The notes under the pieces: generated by a model | Databases searched by the model: none | The model's input: only the letters and a program-made list of their open reading frames with translations | Told to the model about the DNA's origin: nothing | Position numbers and translations under genes: made by a program | NCBI GenBank assembly: GCA_951406725.2 | Contig: OX597825.1 | Coordinates: 78,926,001-78,990,000, forward strand | From: Octopus vulgaris | Lineage: Eukaryota | Length of the DNA stretch: 64,000 nt | Reading direction: 5' to 3' | In this document: one piece after another, positions 40,164 through 52,571 of the stretch | Layout of the letters: each line of letters opens with the position of its first letter | Numbering within the stretch: the first letter of the stretch is position 1

Positions 40164-41295
40164 TATATATATATATATAATGGACAGTTCATTCATGGCC
40201 TTCTTTCGTCAGTCAAGTCACTAGATGTCCTTACAGTTTCAGGCAGTTACACTTGACTGTGATATATACACATATACACTTGACACACACACACATCTAT
40301 ATATATATAAAGGCAATCTTTATCTCCAACTTAATTTGAATGTCATGTTAGAACACACTATTCCATTTACCTCGAGAGAACCTCTCATATGAACTCATGG
40401 TGTCTGCTATTAGCACAAGAACTGCAAGATCACATGATTTTTGTCTTATTTTGTACTCCTCACTGACAGACATCCGGTGGAAACATAGCAGCTGAATCTC
40501 CCATCAATGACACACACACACACACACACATATATATATGAGAGAAAGAGAGAGAACATCAGTGTTTCTTCAGGCACTTATGTCACAAATAGTCGGTGGA
40601 CTATAACAGACAGAAGTAGTATTAATACCAAAAGCCCTAACTGGTACTTTATCAGGCCCAAAAGGTTGAAAAGTAGAGCTGATCTCAACAGGATTTCAAG
40701 TCAGAACAAAGAGCCAGCATAAAAGCTACAAGTCATTCTTTTTCGATGCTCTGCCAATCCATAGCTCTTAATAATAATAATAATAATAATAATGATGATG
40801 ATGATAGTCAGTTCATTGAAACATTATTTAAAAATAAATGAACACTAAAAATAACGAGAGCAGATCGGTGGTTATGAACTGTGAAATTTAGGTAGCTGAA
40901 ACTACAAGCTAACAAGAGGAGGTGGTGGGGAAAGAAATAGGATGTTGTCTAAATGGATCTAAGTGAAAAAGTGTTGTTAGTGGCATTTCATGATTGTAAC
41001 AAACTAACAATGTTAAACCACTCCTTTTATTAGAGGCTGAGCACCGCGTGTGCGTGCGTGCACGTATGCGTGTATGTGCTATTTTAATTTTGTTGTTGTT
41101 GTTGTTGTTCATGTTACTTCAGGCAACATCACTAAAATATTAGATCTGTTTACTGGTCTATGACTATTTTAGATCACTTTAGAAATGCTCCACAATTGTG
41201 CTTTCACTCTTAACTTCCTCTTCAATTTGTTGCTACACCATATGTAAGGGTCTTTTTTTATTTCTTTTTCCATAACCAGCTGGACATTTTTCACC

Positions 41296-41380
<85 letters not shown>

Positions 41381-42124
41381 TCAACCAGGCAAGAAGAGCC
41401 TAATATTACACTGCACAACACAATAGACACTTTGCTGCCTTCATACTAATAAATGCACAATGCATACAGAAAACCATTTGGTTCACTGTACCCCTAGTCA
41501 TGCACGAACAGAGGTGCAATTGCTATTTATGAAATATAAATAAATAAATAAATAATTGATTTTAAAACATTACATGAATGTCATGGAGTTCTGCTTGTTC
41601 GGCAAGAGACTTCAATCTATGATAAAAATGAAGTCGTTACATTGCAGGAGAGTCGTTATAAACATTTAAAACATAGATATCAATTATATTCGGGACAGGG
41701 CTCATGATCGTGAGACAGGGAGATCAATTCCTGTACAAGGCAATGCATCATTGTATCCTTGAACAAGACACTTCACTTCATGTTTTACTCCGGTCTACTC
41801 AGTTGTAAATGAGTACCAGCATAGTACTGTGGTCTAACTATTGAAATACAAAGTAAACGTACAAACACGTCCGTGAGTGTGTGTGTGTAGGGGAGTACTT
41901 GTCAAACTTAATTTTGAGTTTAATTACATTGTTTATTTATTTATTTTTTTATTTTGCAGTCATGTCTGTATGTTAGCTTCTCTGTCAGGGGCTCTTCTAT
42001 AAATATCTGGCCCCTACTTTGTCTCAAATTTTTTAACACACATGCACACACAGCGGATATTTACTCTTTACCAATATTGTCTACTAATGTCCTGAGATAT
42101 TGAGAGGAAAAAAAAAAAAAGAGG

Positions 42125-42486
42125 TATACATTTGACAGAGGTATTGTTTCAGTTGTGTTTGTTTGTTTGTCTGTGGACAAGATATCTCAAGAACTGCTGG
42201 ATGGATTCGGATGAAACTTTCAGGAATATTTGGTCTCGTGACTGGCACGAACTGATTAGATTTTGGGATCAATCTGGTACTGGACAAGGACTCTGGATTA
42301 TTTTTCCTGTTTTTTTTTTTTAACTTAATTTTTGAGAGTGATTGGGTTCATTTTCAGTATTCTCATTTGTGAGAGCAGTCGAGCTTATTTCAGACATTTT
42401 CATTTTAAAAATCATCTCTGGCTAATTGTCGAGAGGATGTTGGTGCTACCTTGGCAGAGGTTTGTGCTCTGCGACTGATCTTGTTT
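42125..42486 (+). mobile_element. Helentron-associated non-autonomous element (HINE/DINE-1-like)
   Basis: 5' gaggtattg + (TTTG)n + ggatggattcggatgaaactt core; 3' subterminal ccttggcagaggt followed by a gtgctctgcga hairpin-like end. This is the typical HINE layout (from memory). Confidence 0.55.
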
Positions 42487-43142
42487 TGAAATTATTCTTA
42501 TTAAAATAAATTTATGCTAATAATTACATGAAGATAGTCAAGTCAATCACCCCACATGTTCGTTAAGTGTAAATAGCTGGCATTAAATAAGCAAGAACAG
42601 ATAAAATGGGGGGAGGAGAGAGAGAGAGGAACAGACATTTGGTAATTACACACTCACACCTACCCACACACACACACAATTGCAAACTATAATTGCTAGG
42701 GAAAGAAAAAAGAAACTGTAGCAAATTATTAATTTTAAGCAAAGTAACTGAAATATTTTTCTTTTTTTTTGGTGGGGGGTAATTAATTAGTTTGGGTAGG
42801 GTAAATGTGGAGGACTTTAGTAAAATAAAAAGAAAACTAAAACAAAAATAAAAATAACAATAACATAAACAAAAAGAAATGGAAAAAGAAAATTCCAAAA
42901 GGAAAAGATTAGAATATCCAAATTTCAAAAGTAACAACATTGTTGAAGTTAGGTGAATAAGAGAATACTGAAAGACAGAACATCATCTAGCATTAAACAT
43001 CCTACATCTAAAATCTATGCAAATTGTGTGACTCTTGTCTATTAAAAAAAAAAAGGCAAGACAAATGCAACACAACAGTGCAGTTTTGTTTTACTGATTT
43101 TTTTTTTTGTTTTTGTTAACAATCCAAAATATTTCAAATTAC

Positions 43143-43196
43143 CCGGGTTGGTGTTTTCATCTTGGAGCAGATACTTCCAGTCCCCTGCTGGCCTAT
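43143..43196 (-). CDS. Candidate 54-nt frame-preserving cassette exon of CRTC (adds DRPAGDWKYLLQDENTNP)
   Basis: ttactaatgtctattag|ATAGGCC...AACCCGG|gtaatt. Phase 1-1, stop-free, a GC-richer island in a TE-poor AT-rich tract. The polypyrimidine tract is weak and there is no transcript evidence. Confidence 0.35.
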
Positions 43197-43801
43197 CTAA
43201 TAGACATTAGTAAATAGGATTTTCAAACAGTAAGTAAACAACAGACCAAACTAGTACTTAACAAGGGGAGGGTCAGAAAAATAAATTTGATAAATTAGGT
43301 TTTCAATGTAATATATATATATAAAAATAAATAGAATCAAATAAAAATTTATTTTTTAAAAAAAATCAAATACATTTACAATAAAATAACTGTAAAATCA
43401 AATTTATAAAAACTACATCAATTAAAAAATACAGAAAGAAAAATTGTTTCACAAAGGCAGAGCTCCAGCATGGCAATGATTGCAATTGCTAAAACATACA
43501 TATACACATATTTTCATATACACTATTTGACTGCTGTTACAACTTTTATTAGGACTGGAGTAAAAGACCCTCTCAGGCTAACTCCACAACTATGAAAATA
43601 AGTCATTGAATAAGGTTTCTGGCTCAAGAGCACTGCAGAATGTATGAATGCAAAGGGACTGAAGCACAGATTGATTTACATTGCACATTATGCTCCCCTT
43701 CAAACTACCCAAATAGGAAAAAAAAGTATTCCTTGTGCTTCTGGGATGGAGGGACTTTTGATAATTGAAGGGTATTTACATGTAAATCATTTAAATATAA
43801 T

Positions 43802-43985
43802 AAATCTCTGAACGAGGTGTAAACAGTAACTGCACGACAATGTGAGGTATACTAGCCATCTCAATATGGCTAACCACTAAGGGTGGGTGTTACTGTAGCT
43901 TGAGACGATGTTCTCCTGGGGCTACAAGCTACAGTAACACCCACCCTTAGTGGTTAGCCATATTGAGATGGCTAGTATACCTCAT
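43802..43985 (-). mobile_element. Fold-back Penelope-like fragment
   Basis: 13-bp TSD atttaaatataat (43789-43801, 43986-43998); perfect 60-bp arms 43843-43902 / 43925-43984; 22-nt loop related to the tagccccaggagacatc motif of the 699 element; 41-nt unpaired tail. Confidence 0.6.
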
Positions 43986-44869
43986 ATTTAAATATAATTT
44001 TACTCATACATTCAAAACATGAATAAAACACAAATAACACAAACACACAGCCAGTATGCGTAGGAACAAAAGAAAAAAGCATTCAATACATTTTGTAAGG
44101 TTTATAAGAGATCATACAGATAACTGAAGAGGAAATGATTTGCATTACTTAAAGTTTCACAAAGACATGATGTACACTTGTGATCAGTCTATAATGCAAT
44201 TGTGACTCATTTTCTTTAATTATAGCTTTTTGCAAGGTGCAGCACCTGACCTTGCCCAGGTGCTGAAATCTGACTCTTCAACATGGAAGAGCAAACAATA
44301 ACCAGCCTAATGGCAAACTTGCAACTGACTGGAGAAAGTTGGCATCCATCTGTCTTTTTGCACAGAGCCTGCAGAACATAAATTAGGTCATTTGAAAGCA
44401 GGACATACACACACACACACACACACACAAATATTCCAAATATAAAAAAAATTTACAGTATTATTCACAGAGTATTAAACGTGAATATTTCATAAATATG
44501 AACAAATTTCAAAGTGAAACAAACAAATTTATGTGCTACTTTCCGTGATACTTGAAACACTATACTAACTTTGCAAAGATATAGATTTTAAATGAGAAAT
44601 TTGAATAACGAGAGTGTTTCAGTATATACTGTCTACAGAGTGCCATGTATGAGAGATGAGTGAGAAAGTGCGTCGTGTGTTTTAGAGAATGTGAGACATC
44701 TTAGAAAGGAGGGAGCTTACCACACCATTACAACTGTCAACGTTTCACTATTTCTTTTCATGAATCGTCCCTGTTTTACCTCAGTGGGGGACTTTCCCTC
44801 TGGTATTTTCTTCATCATAAGTTCAGAATGATTTGGGATTTGTGTAGAAATTATGGAAGCCATTTCATA

Positions 44870-44911
<42 letters not shown>

Positions 44912-45082
44912 GTCACTAAAGCACTTAACCTATACACATGCACATTGTCAGCCATAGATGCATGCTTAGATGATGGTATATGAATCTTCTTTTTTCTATT
45001 TCATATGAATTAATTGCTTCCTATCTACTCAGTGGCACAATTAAAACTTTTTTTAATTTACATGAGTATGTGTGTGTATATA

Positions 45083-45939
45083 TATGGTTATCAGATAAAT
45101 TCATTTGTTTCTTCCAATGTTATTTGAATTAACATAAAAATGCTTTCATCATGTGTTTTATAGTGTTTTTTATTTTTTTCAGGCTCTGTTCTTCCTCAAC
45201 AACTTTTGCTTATTGTTTTTTCAAATTTGAACAAATTTCACCTCTTTTCAGACAAATGCTGATGCTGTGCCAGATAGGACAAAAAATGAGCATTTTCAAC
45301 ACCTGCTTCTCTTTGCTTTCAATCAAGGTCCTAAAGCTGTCAAAGCTGTTCAAGACATCAGTAGTGTGTATGGAGAAAGTGCTAATACAGAGAGAACTGC
45401 ACAAAAATGGTTTTCCCACTTCAAGGAGGGGAAATTTAACCTCACAAATTCTCCACATTCCAGACAACCTGTTCAGTTCAATGAGGGTAAATTGAATGAG
45501 CTCATTCACAAGGGTCCAAGCCAATCCACTCGGAGATTAGCCCAGCTGATGGGAAACTCCCATGATACAGTCACCCGTCACCTTCACTTGGTAGGTAATG
45601 TCCAAAAACTTGCTGCATGAGTGCCACACATTCTGAATGAAAAAGACAAACTCCAAGTCCCAGATTCCTAATTTGACCAAAAATGCTATTCAAGATTGGT
45701 TCAGAAGTTCTGCATCCACCATTCTGTTCAACAATGATGTGGAACTGAAGACATGGATTGATGAATTGCACAAGTCAAGACCGGTGATTTCTAGTATCAA
45801 GGCATTGACAAGTTAGGTGAATGCTGGCAAATTCATGAACAAGGAAGGAGAATGTATTATTGACTGATTTGTTAAAATGTTGACGAATAATAAAGATCAA
45901 AATAATTGGAAAAGTAAATGAATTTATCTGACAACCCTA
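45083..45939 (+). mobile_element. Internally deleted mariner with both TIRs
   Basis: TA-flanked TIRs ggttatcagataaattcattt / aaatgaatttatctgacaaccc; ORF 45267-45620 encodes the mariner HTH region (HFQHLLLFAFNQG..ERTAQKWFSHFKEG) followed by *VPH; the catalytic domain is largely missing. Confidence 0.85.
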
Positions 45940-45982
45940 CATATATACATGCACACACATATTTATATATATATATATATAT

Positions 45983-46246
45983 AAAATTAAATAAGAGTAG
46001 AAATTGATATTAATCAATTAAAACCAGTGGCCTAGCATATTTTTAAAAAATCTGAAGATTAAAAAATTTTTCATACAAAATTTAGAGGACTAACCACTAA
46101 AAGTGGACAGCTTGTATGCTAGATATAGACGTCAAAATCGCCATTTTTTCTTGAGAACACATTCTTTGAGGAAAATTGCGATTCTGACGTCTATATCTAG
46201 CATACAGGCTATCCACTTTTAGTGGTCAGTCCTCTAAATTTTATAT
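45983..46246. mobile_element. Fold-back element next to (TA)n
   Basis: ~85-bp imperfect arms 46073-46157 / 46162-46246; shares the ctaaccactaa..gtgg motif with the 43.8-kb element. Confidence 0.5.
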
Positions 46247-47174
46247 ATAGATATAAACAAGTAAAACAAACAAAAGTTAATAAAAACTATTTGTTCTGAG
46301 ATCCTCACTAAAACATTGATCTTGAAATTTAATAAAGATTCTGCAGCCATTTTGCCTTTTATGATACTTGGTTTATGGATTTAGGTCACTCTCTCCACCC
46401 CCAATTAGTTTTGAGTAGACATAAAGTAGCTGAGTGGTATACAGTCATGCAAAAACTTTATTGTGCTGGACACATAATTCTACCTCAGTGAAAAGTAATG
46501 ACAAAAATAGCCTGTAATAGTCTAACATTCTACACAGAGGTAGAGTTTTGCCTTAATTAGCTCCAGAAGATTAATTATTCCAGAAGATCAAGTACTGTAG
46601 GCCCCAGTTTTAGGAAAGTATAAACAACCTTCTTCTCTGAGACCTTATATATTCAACTGAAGGATGTAAGGCACTTTCTTTGTAGAGAACATGTTGCTGC
46701 AATTGTTGTAGCTGTGCAGACCCAGGTCCCTCCTAATCAAACACAGTTGTGATCAAAGACAGTCCATTATGACCATCTCATCTTTTTTTCCCTCCCCACT
46801 ACATTTTCTTTTAAAAATGGTATGGCGTAATTTGAAAGAGATATGGTTGCTATTTTAAGCAAGTTATATAATCATGTAAGAGGTCCCATCATTTGCTCAG
46901 ATTTCTTATTTTCTAAGTAAGCCATAAGCTTCCTCTTCTAATATAAATGCTTCTATCAAATACATCCCATCTATATAGTTCTATATAATTACTGTACATA
47001 TGTACACACAAACACATGCATTCCTATAAATACACTTACTCTCATACAAATATAAAGAGACTCAGATGAACATGCACACACACAAAAGTATTCACATAGA
47101 AACATAACAGCACACATGACCATATGCTCTAATCAAAACCCTTATAAACACTCAACAACATACACAACAAACCA

Positions 47175-47685
47175 ATGTGGGATCTTCTGCTTGGATGTTC
47201 AACCTACTAGAAGTAGCAAATAAATCCTCCTTAAATCGCACCCTACCATCTAAAGGATACATTGAACAATATAGTTCATTGATATACAAACTGATGGCAT
47301 GCTCATGGGTGGAAACCTCTATATCCTAAGTCTGTTCCCATCAAGGCTGGCCTGGAGCCATAAGCAACAACACCAGCAAGCACATTTTCTCAAATGCATG
47401 AATCATTACCTACACAAAAACATGACAGTATACGTGCAGGACCACACACACACACACACACAAATCTGAACCAATGAAGGAACTTCTATGTGGTTACTTG
47501 ACCTGCTAGAAATAGCAGTCATATCTACTGCAAATCAGACCCTACTGCTTTTTAAAAAATGGGAAGGAAGCTTTGGGTAATGTAATCCTAGATAGATTAT
47601 ATTGGAATGAAAGAGAGATGGTCATATCTAAATTGGCTTTAGTCATAGATCTGTTCAAACAGGGCTGACCTTAGGAGAACAACAT
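47175..47685 (+). repeat. Two copies of dispersed repeat family D (acctgctagaaatagcag...gggctgacct...aacaac)
   Basis: Related degraded copies at ~12855-13025, 46690-46880, 55760-55950 and 58630-58780. Confidence 0.5.
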
Positions 47686-48747
47686 CATAAATCAAAGTAT
47701 ATTCAGATACACAAACAAAGGAGCCCCAGTGCAGGATTTAGTAGGCTTTAGTAGATAACACTTGACCAAGGTAACGTGCAATGGGACTGAACCCAAGACT
47801 TGCTGGAAATAACAATCAAATTCCCTAAAATATACTCTGTGCCTGATAAGGAGGAACCGGTCTCATAAGGGTTGCAGGATCTCCCTGGTTAATGCAGGAG
47901 ATATTCAGGTGAAATTTTCTAAGTTGATGCAAGTAGAAGGAATATACATGTGTATATGCAAGGCCAGGTTACAGCATTAGTGGAATAAACATTTGGATAA
48001 TTAGTTGAGAGGGGAGTGTTAATAAATGAGGTGACATATGGTAGAGCTAATAAGGATGGGCAAAGAAGAAACTGAATGAAGAAAAGGAATACATAGGCAC
48101 ACAGGTACACAGTAATAAAAAAAAAACATACATTGACTTATAGGCATATGGATATACCACATAACTATAAAATATACATCACTACATAAACATACATAGG
48201 CATAACAATACCCTTCACTATGGAGGTGCACAAATATGCACACTTAAATTACACAGATACATACAGACATCACCATCCATCACTAAATAAACAGGCACAC
48301 AATTATAATTATTATTATTTAATGTCCATTTTGCCATGGTCGTATGGAATTTTGTTATGGCAAAATTTCTACAGCTGGATGCTCTTCCTGTTGCCAATGT
48401 TCACTTGTTTCCAAGCAAAGTAAAATTTTGTATGACCAGACAAGTTTGTTTTTTCACTAAGATTGGAAATGAGCAACATTGCTTGTATGACAGTGGTCTT
48501 TGCTGACAACCAACACATGATATCAAGACAAAAGTACACAAACACACACACACACACATGTATAAACAATAGACTTCTTTCAGTTTCAAATAAATCCACT
48601 CACAAGGCTTTGGCCACCAGAGGCTTTAGTGGATGATGCTTGCCCAAGGTAACATGCAATGGGACTGAACCCAAGACTTCAAAGATAGGAAGCAGAGACA
48701 CACACACATATATACAAGTATAAACAAAATATTCTTCCCTATATATA

Positions 48748-49500
48748 TCATCATCATCATCATCGTTTAATGTCCGTTTTCCATGCTAGCATGGGTTGGA
48801 CGGTTCAACTGCGGTCTGGGAAGCCAGAAGGCTGTGCCAGGCCGTCTGATCTGGCAGTGTTTCTACAGCTGGATGCCCTTCCTAATGCCAACCACTCCGA
48901 GAGTGTAGTGGGTGCTTTATATATATATAACAATATAAATACATCAATTATTGGGTCTCACAGAGGCAATGACTAGTGTGACTGTGACCTTTGTCAATAT
49001 GCTATGCTTGAGAAGACTCGCCAAGCCAAGGGAAAATACACTTGTGGCCATTGTCGGTGTCACGTAACTGGCACCCATGCTGGTGGCATGTAAAAAGCAC
49101 CTTTTGAACATTGGGCCTCACAGGGGCAATGTGGCAGACACCAGTGTCATGTAACTGGCATCTGTGCTGGTGGCATGTAAAAAGCACCTTTCAAGTGCTG
49201 GGTCTCATGCAGGCAATGATACATGACCGAGACCTTTGGCATTATGCCGTGTTTGAGAAGAAGACCCATCAAGCCAAGTGAAATCGTAGTTGTGGCAGAT
49301 ACTGGTGTCACGCAACAGGTACCCATGCCGGTGGCAGGTAAAAGCACCCATTACACTTTCGGAGTGGTTGGCATTAGGAAGGACATCCAGCTGTAGAAAT
49401 CATGCCAAATCAGACTGTAGTTTGGTGCAGCCCCATCAGCTTACCAGCGCTGATCAAGCCATCCAACCCATGCCAACATTAACAGACGCTAAATGATGAT
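48748..49500. mobile_element. Inverted pair of family C elements; the plus copy has three internal repeats of aactggcacccatgctggtggcatgtaaaaagcacc
   Basis: 48748-48918 is reverse-complementary to ~49330-49500. Confidence 0.7.
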
Positions 49501-50324
49501 AATATAAACACACTACTTTGATGAGTGTGTATTGCAGAAACATCTAAATGTCCTGGAAGGTTTCTGTAAGGTACAAATATGCATATTTTCTTTGTATGAG
49601 TGTATTTGAGATTAATTTTTTCTGTTAATTTATTTCACAGACACTGGCCACAGCTAAGGCACACAACAAGGGAGTGACATTGGGTTCAATGTAATGCAGG
49701 GTGATTATTTAACAGGTTATTGTGTATATAAGTATGTAAAATTATCATCATTTTATGCCCATTCGTTTCTATGGCTGAATTTCATTTCTAACAACTACAT
49801 TCTCACACAGGTATTCTCAATATCATTACACAGCCCATTAGGTAAGTATTCCTTAGACAGGTATTGTAAAAGTGAGTTTTTGTAAATGATAACACTCCTC
49901 ATGTATGAAGGTTTCTTATTTATATGTTTATACAGTTCAGAGTTGAGATTATTTTGTTTAAGCAACACCAGAAACGAAAATTGCTGACAAGAGAATCCTG
50001 GAGTGTTACATAGGAAATAGCTTGTCATCAAAGACAGAATGGCTGCTGCAAGCTGTTTTGTTGATATCATGGCAAGGTAATAATGCAATGTAAATATTCT
50101 TACTTTCAATAATAACAGCAGGGATATAAATAGTAAAAGATTTGCACTTTCTTTAGACATTGACACAATAAAAGTGACAATTAAATTGAAATTTTTATGT
50201 GGAAGGTATACAGTTAGCTGGTACAGCAAAAATAGACAAGGACTTCAGAGCAGAGGGGAAACAATTAGTAAACACATAAAAAAAAGATTAGTTTTAGCTT
50301 TCTGTATTATATTTGGGTTTTTTG

Positions 50325-51300
50325 ATTAGACTTGGTAATGACAGTAGAACAATTAGACAGGTAGTGACACAGACACCATTTATTAGACTGGTAGTGAAAC
50401 AGATGAAGTGTGAGTGGCAGTGACACAATAAGACTGACTGTGATACAGACTAATAGTGATACTGTTACACTAGCAGTGATATCATTAAACTGACAGCAGT
50501 GATATCATTAAACTGACAGCAGTGATATCATTAAACTGATAGCAGCAGTATAAGACTGGCAGAGTTAGACTAGGAGACATTGACAGACGGGAAGTAACAC
50601 TACTGTGCTGGTGGTAACAGTGTTAGATTGGCATTGTTAGGGTCACAAACTTATTGTGATGTCACTAGATTAGTATCAGTGAACTAGTAGTGATACTATT
50701 TGACTAATAACAACATTGGTAGACTGAGAGCAACACTATTAGGTTGATAGTGACACTGACTGATAATGATTCAAATTAGTAGCGACACTATTAGAGTAGT
50801 TGTGATCTTGTTAAGATTGGTTGTGACAACATTAAGCTGTTAGTGATACTATTAAACTGTTTGACATAATTAGACTGATGTCTTTAGGCAGGTAGTGACA
50901 CTTTTAGACAGACAATGAAATTGTTAGACTAGTAGTGACTCTTAAGATATTATCAACACTGTTAGTTCAGTAGCGATGTGTTTATACTAATAGCAACACT
51001 GTTAGAGCAGTAGTGATTTCATTAGTATGGTAGTGAGTATGACACAATTAGACTGATACTAACACTTTTAGGCAAATTCTGACTCAGACTGACAGTGGCA
51101 CTCTTAGACTGGTAATAGCAAGTAGAGTGAGTGACATCGTTAAGCTGACTGTGATACCATTAGACTCATTACATTAGTAGATAAGTCGTAACATGGTTAG
51201 ACTGGCCATGGTACTGTCAAATTGGCAGTAACAGTTAAATAATAGTGATACTATCATACAGGTAGTGGTTTTGTTAGTCTGGTAGACACTCTTAGACTTG
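50325..51300. repeat. ~1-kb degenerate minisatellite (~20-bp unit, approx. ttagactggtagtgacacta)
   Basis: Recurring tagact..tagtgacac motifs; a perfect 23-bp triplication agcagtgatatcattaaactga(c) at 50472-50539. Confidence 0.7.
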
Positions 51301-52521
51301 TAAGGGCAATGACAGGTGCATGTGTGTGTATGTGTGTGTATATATATATATAACTATGTTACTAATGGCCTTTCTTCATGTAATTAGTGCATATCTGATA
51401 TAAGGGTGTCCAGGTTATGTGTGTGTGATGCTTTAATCTGAAAGAATACTGAGGGATGAAGGGAGGTATCATTTGCCAAAAAGTTAAGTCTATAAAATGT
51501 ATATTCTCTTCATGGCCAATTTTAAGTTGTCATGTCAAACTCCAGCCTTCACGAACAATTCTCAATTAAGGAATAAAGGAAAATTCACTGCTTTGTTCGT
51601 TTAATCAGGGTTGAAATTGCTAAATATTTCAATATCAAATACTGATAACTGAAAGAAAGGTATTAGGTGACAAGTACAAAAAGAAACTGTAACTAAAAAC
51701 TGAACTTGGAATTATTTTAAAACAAAAATGAAACGCATTCAAAATTTCTTTCCAGCAAAGGACCTGGGGGGAGAGGTAATGCAAGAAATAGTCTGAGGAT
51801 GGTTAGAGTGGTATGCTGGTATTAAGGATGTGAATCTGCCTACAGCTGAATGAAGAGTTGAGCACATTAGGGATGTTACTAGTCAGCATGTTAAAACAAG
51901 ATCACTTAAGTAACTGGTAAGATAGCTAAGGAAAATGAATCTATGTTTTTAAGAGTAATTAATTATATTACATGAGACAAAGAGGACTGTAAAAGTAGAT
52001 AAGAACAAGAGGCATAACAAATTGGAATCTGAATACTTTCAATGTTTATTAAGTTTATTAATGCCTCATCAGAGATCACCAACTTCTTATTTTCAGAGAG
52101 AATATTAGCTTAGAGCTATTTATAGGAAAACTCCAACACAACGAAACTGGTCTACCTGATAGGCATAACAGTGTGAGAGCTAGCAATGTGAATTAATTAA
52201 CATACCATACAGCAATTGGATAAGCAAATCTGTAATGAAAACTTGTATATGTTTTAAATGAACAGAGATTTTAGATTTCCTGTTGAAAGCAGATAGCATT
52301 TTAAAACAACATGATCTTCCATGTGTGTGTGTGTGTGTGTGTGTGTGTTTAGTATTTAAAACCAGCCAAATGTGACCGCTCATACCTACCCAACTATGTC
52401 ATTCTAAAAATGTACAATCACATCATCATAATCTCAAAGCTAGGAGATAATGCATAATCAATGTAAAACAATGTGAATACATGACCATTATATTTGGCAG
52501 TAATCTCAATGCTAAAGAATT

Positions 52522-52571
<50 letters not shown>

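Noticed and set aside
45267-45620. SETMAR-like or domesticated host gene
   Set aside because: It lies between mariner TIRs, has a stop in the WVPH motif and lacks the catalytic domain; a TE relic.
50472-50539. 23-bp repeats as a CRISPR array (likewise 39341-39434 and 49060-49350)
   Set aside because: The repeats are head-to-tail or TE-internal with no unique spacers and no cas genes, in a eukaryotic intron.
52025-52077. Minus-strand CTGATGA...GAAA..TC with a 5-bp helix I (fourth hammerhead?)
   Set aside because: Helix II cannot form and there is no TSD or inverted-repeat context; compatible with chance.
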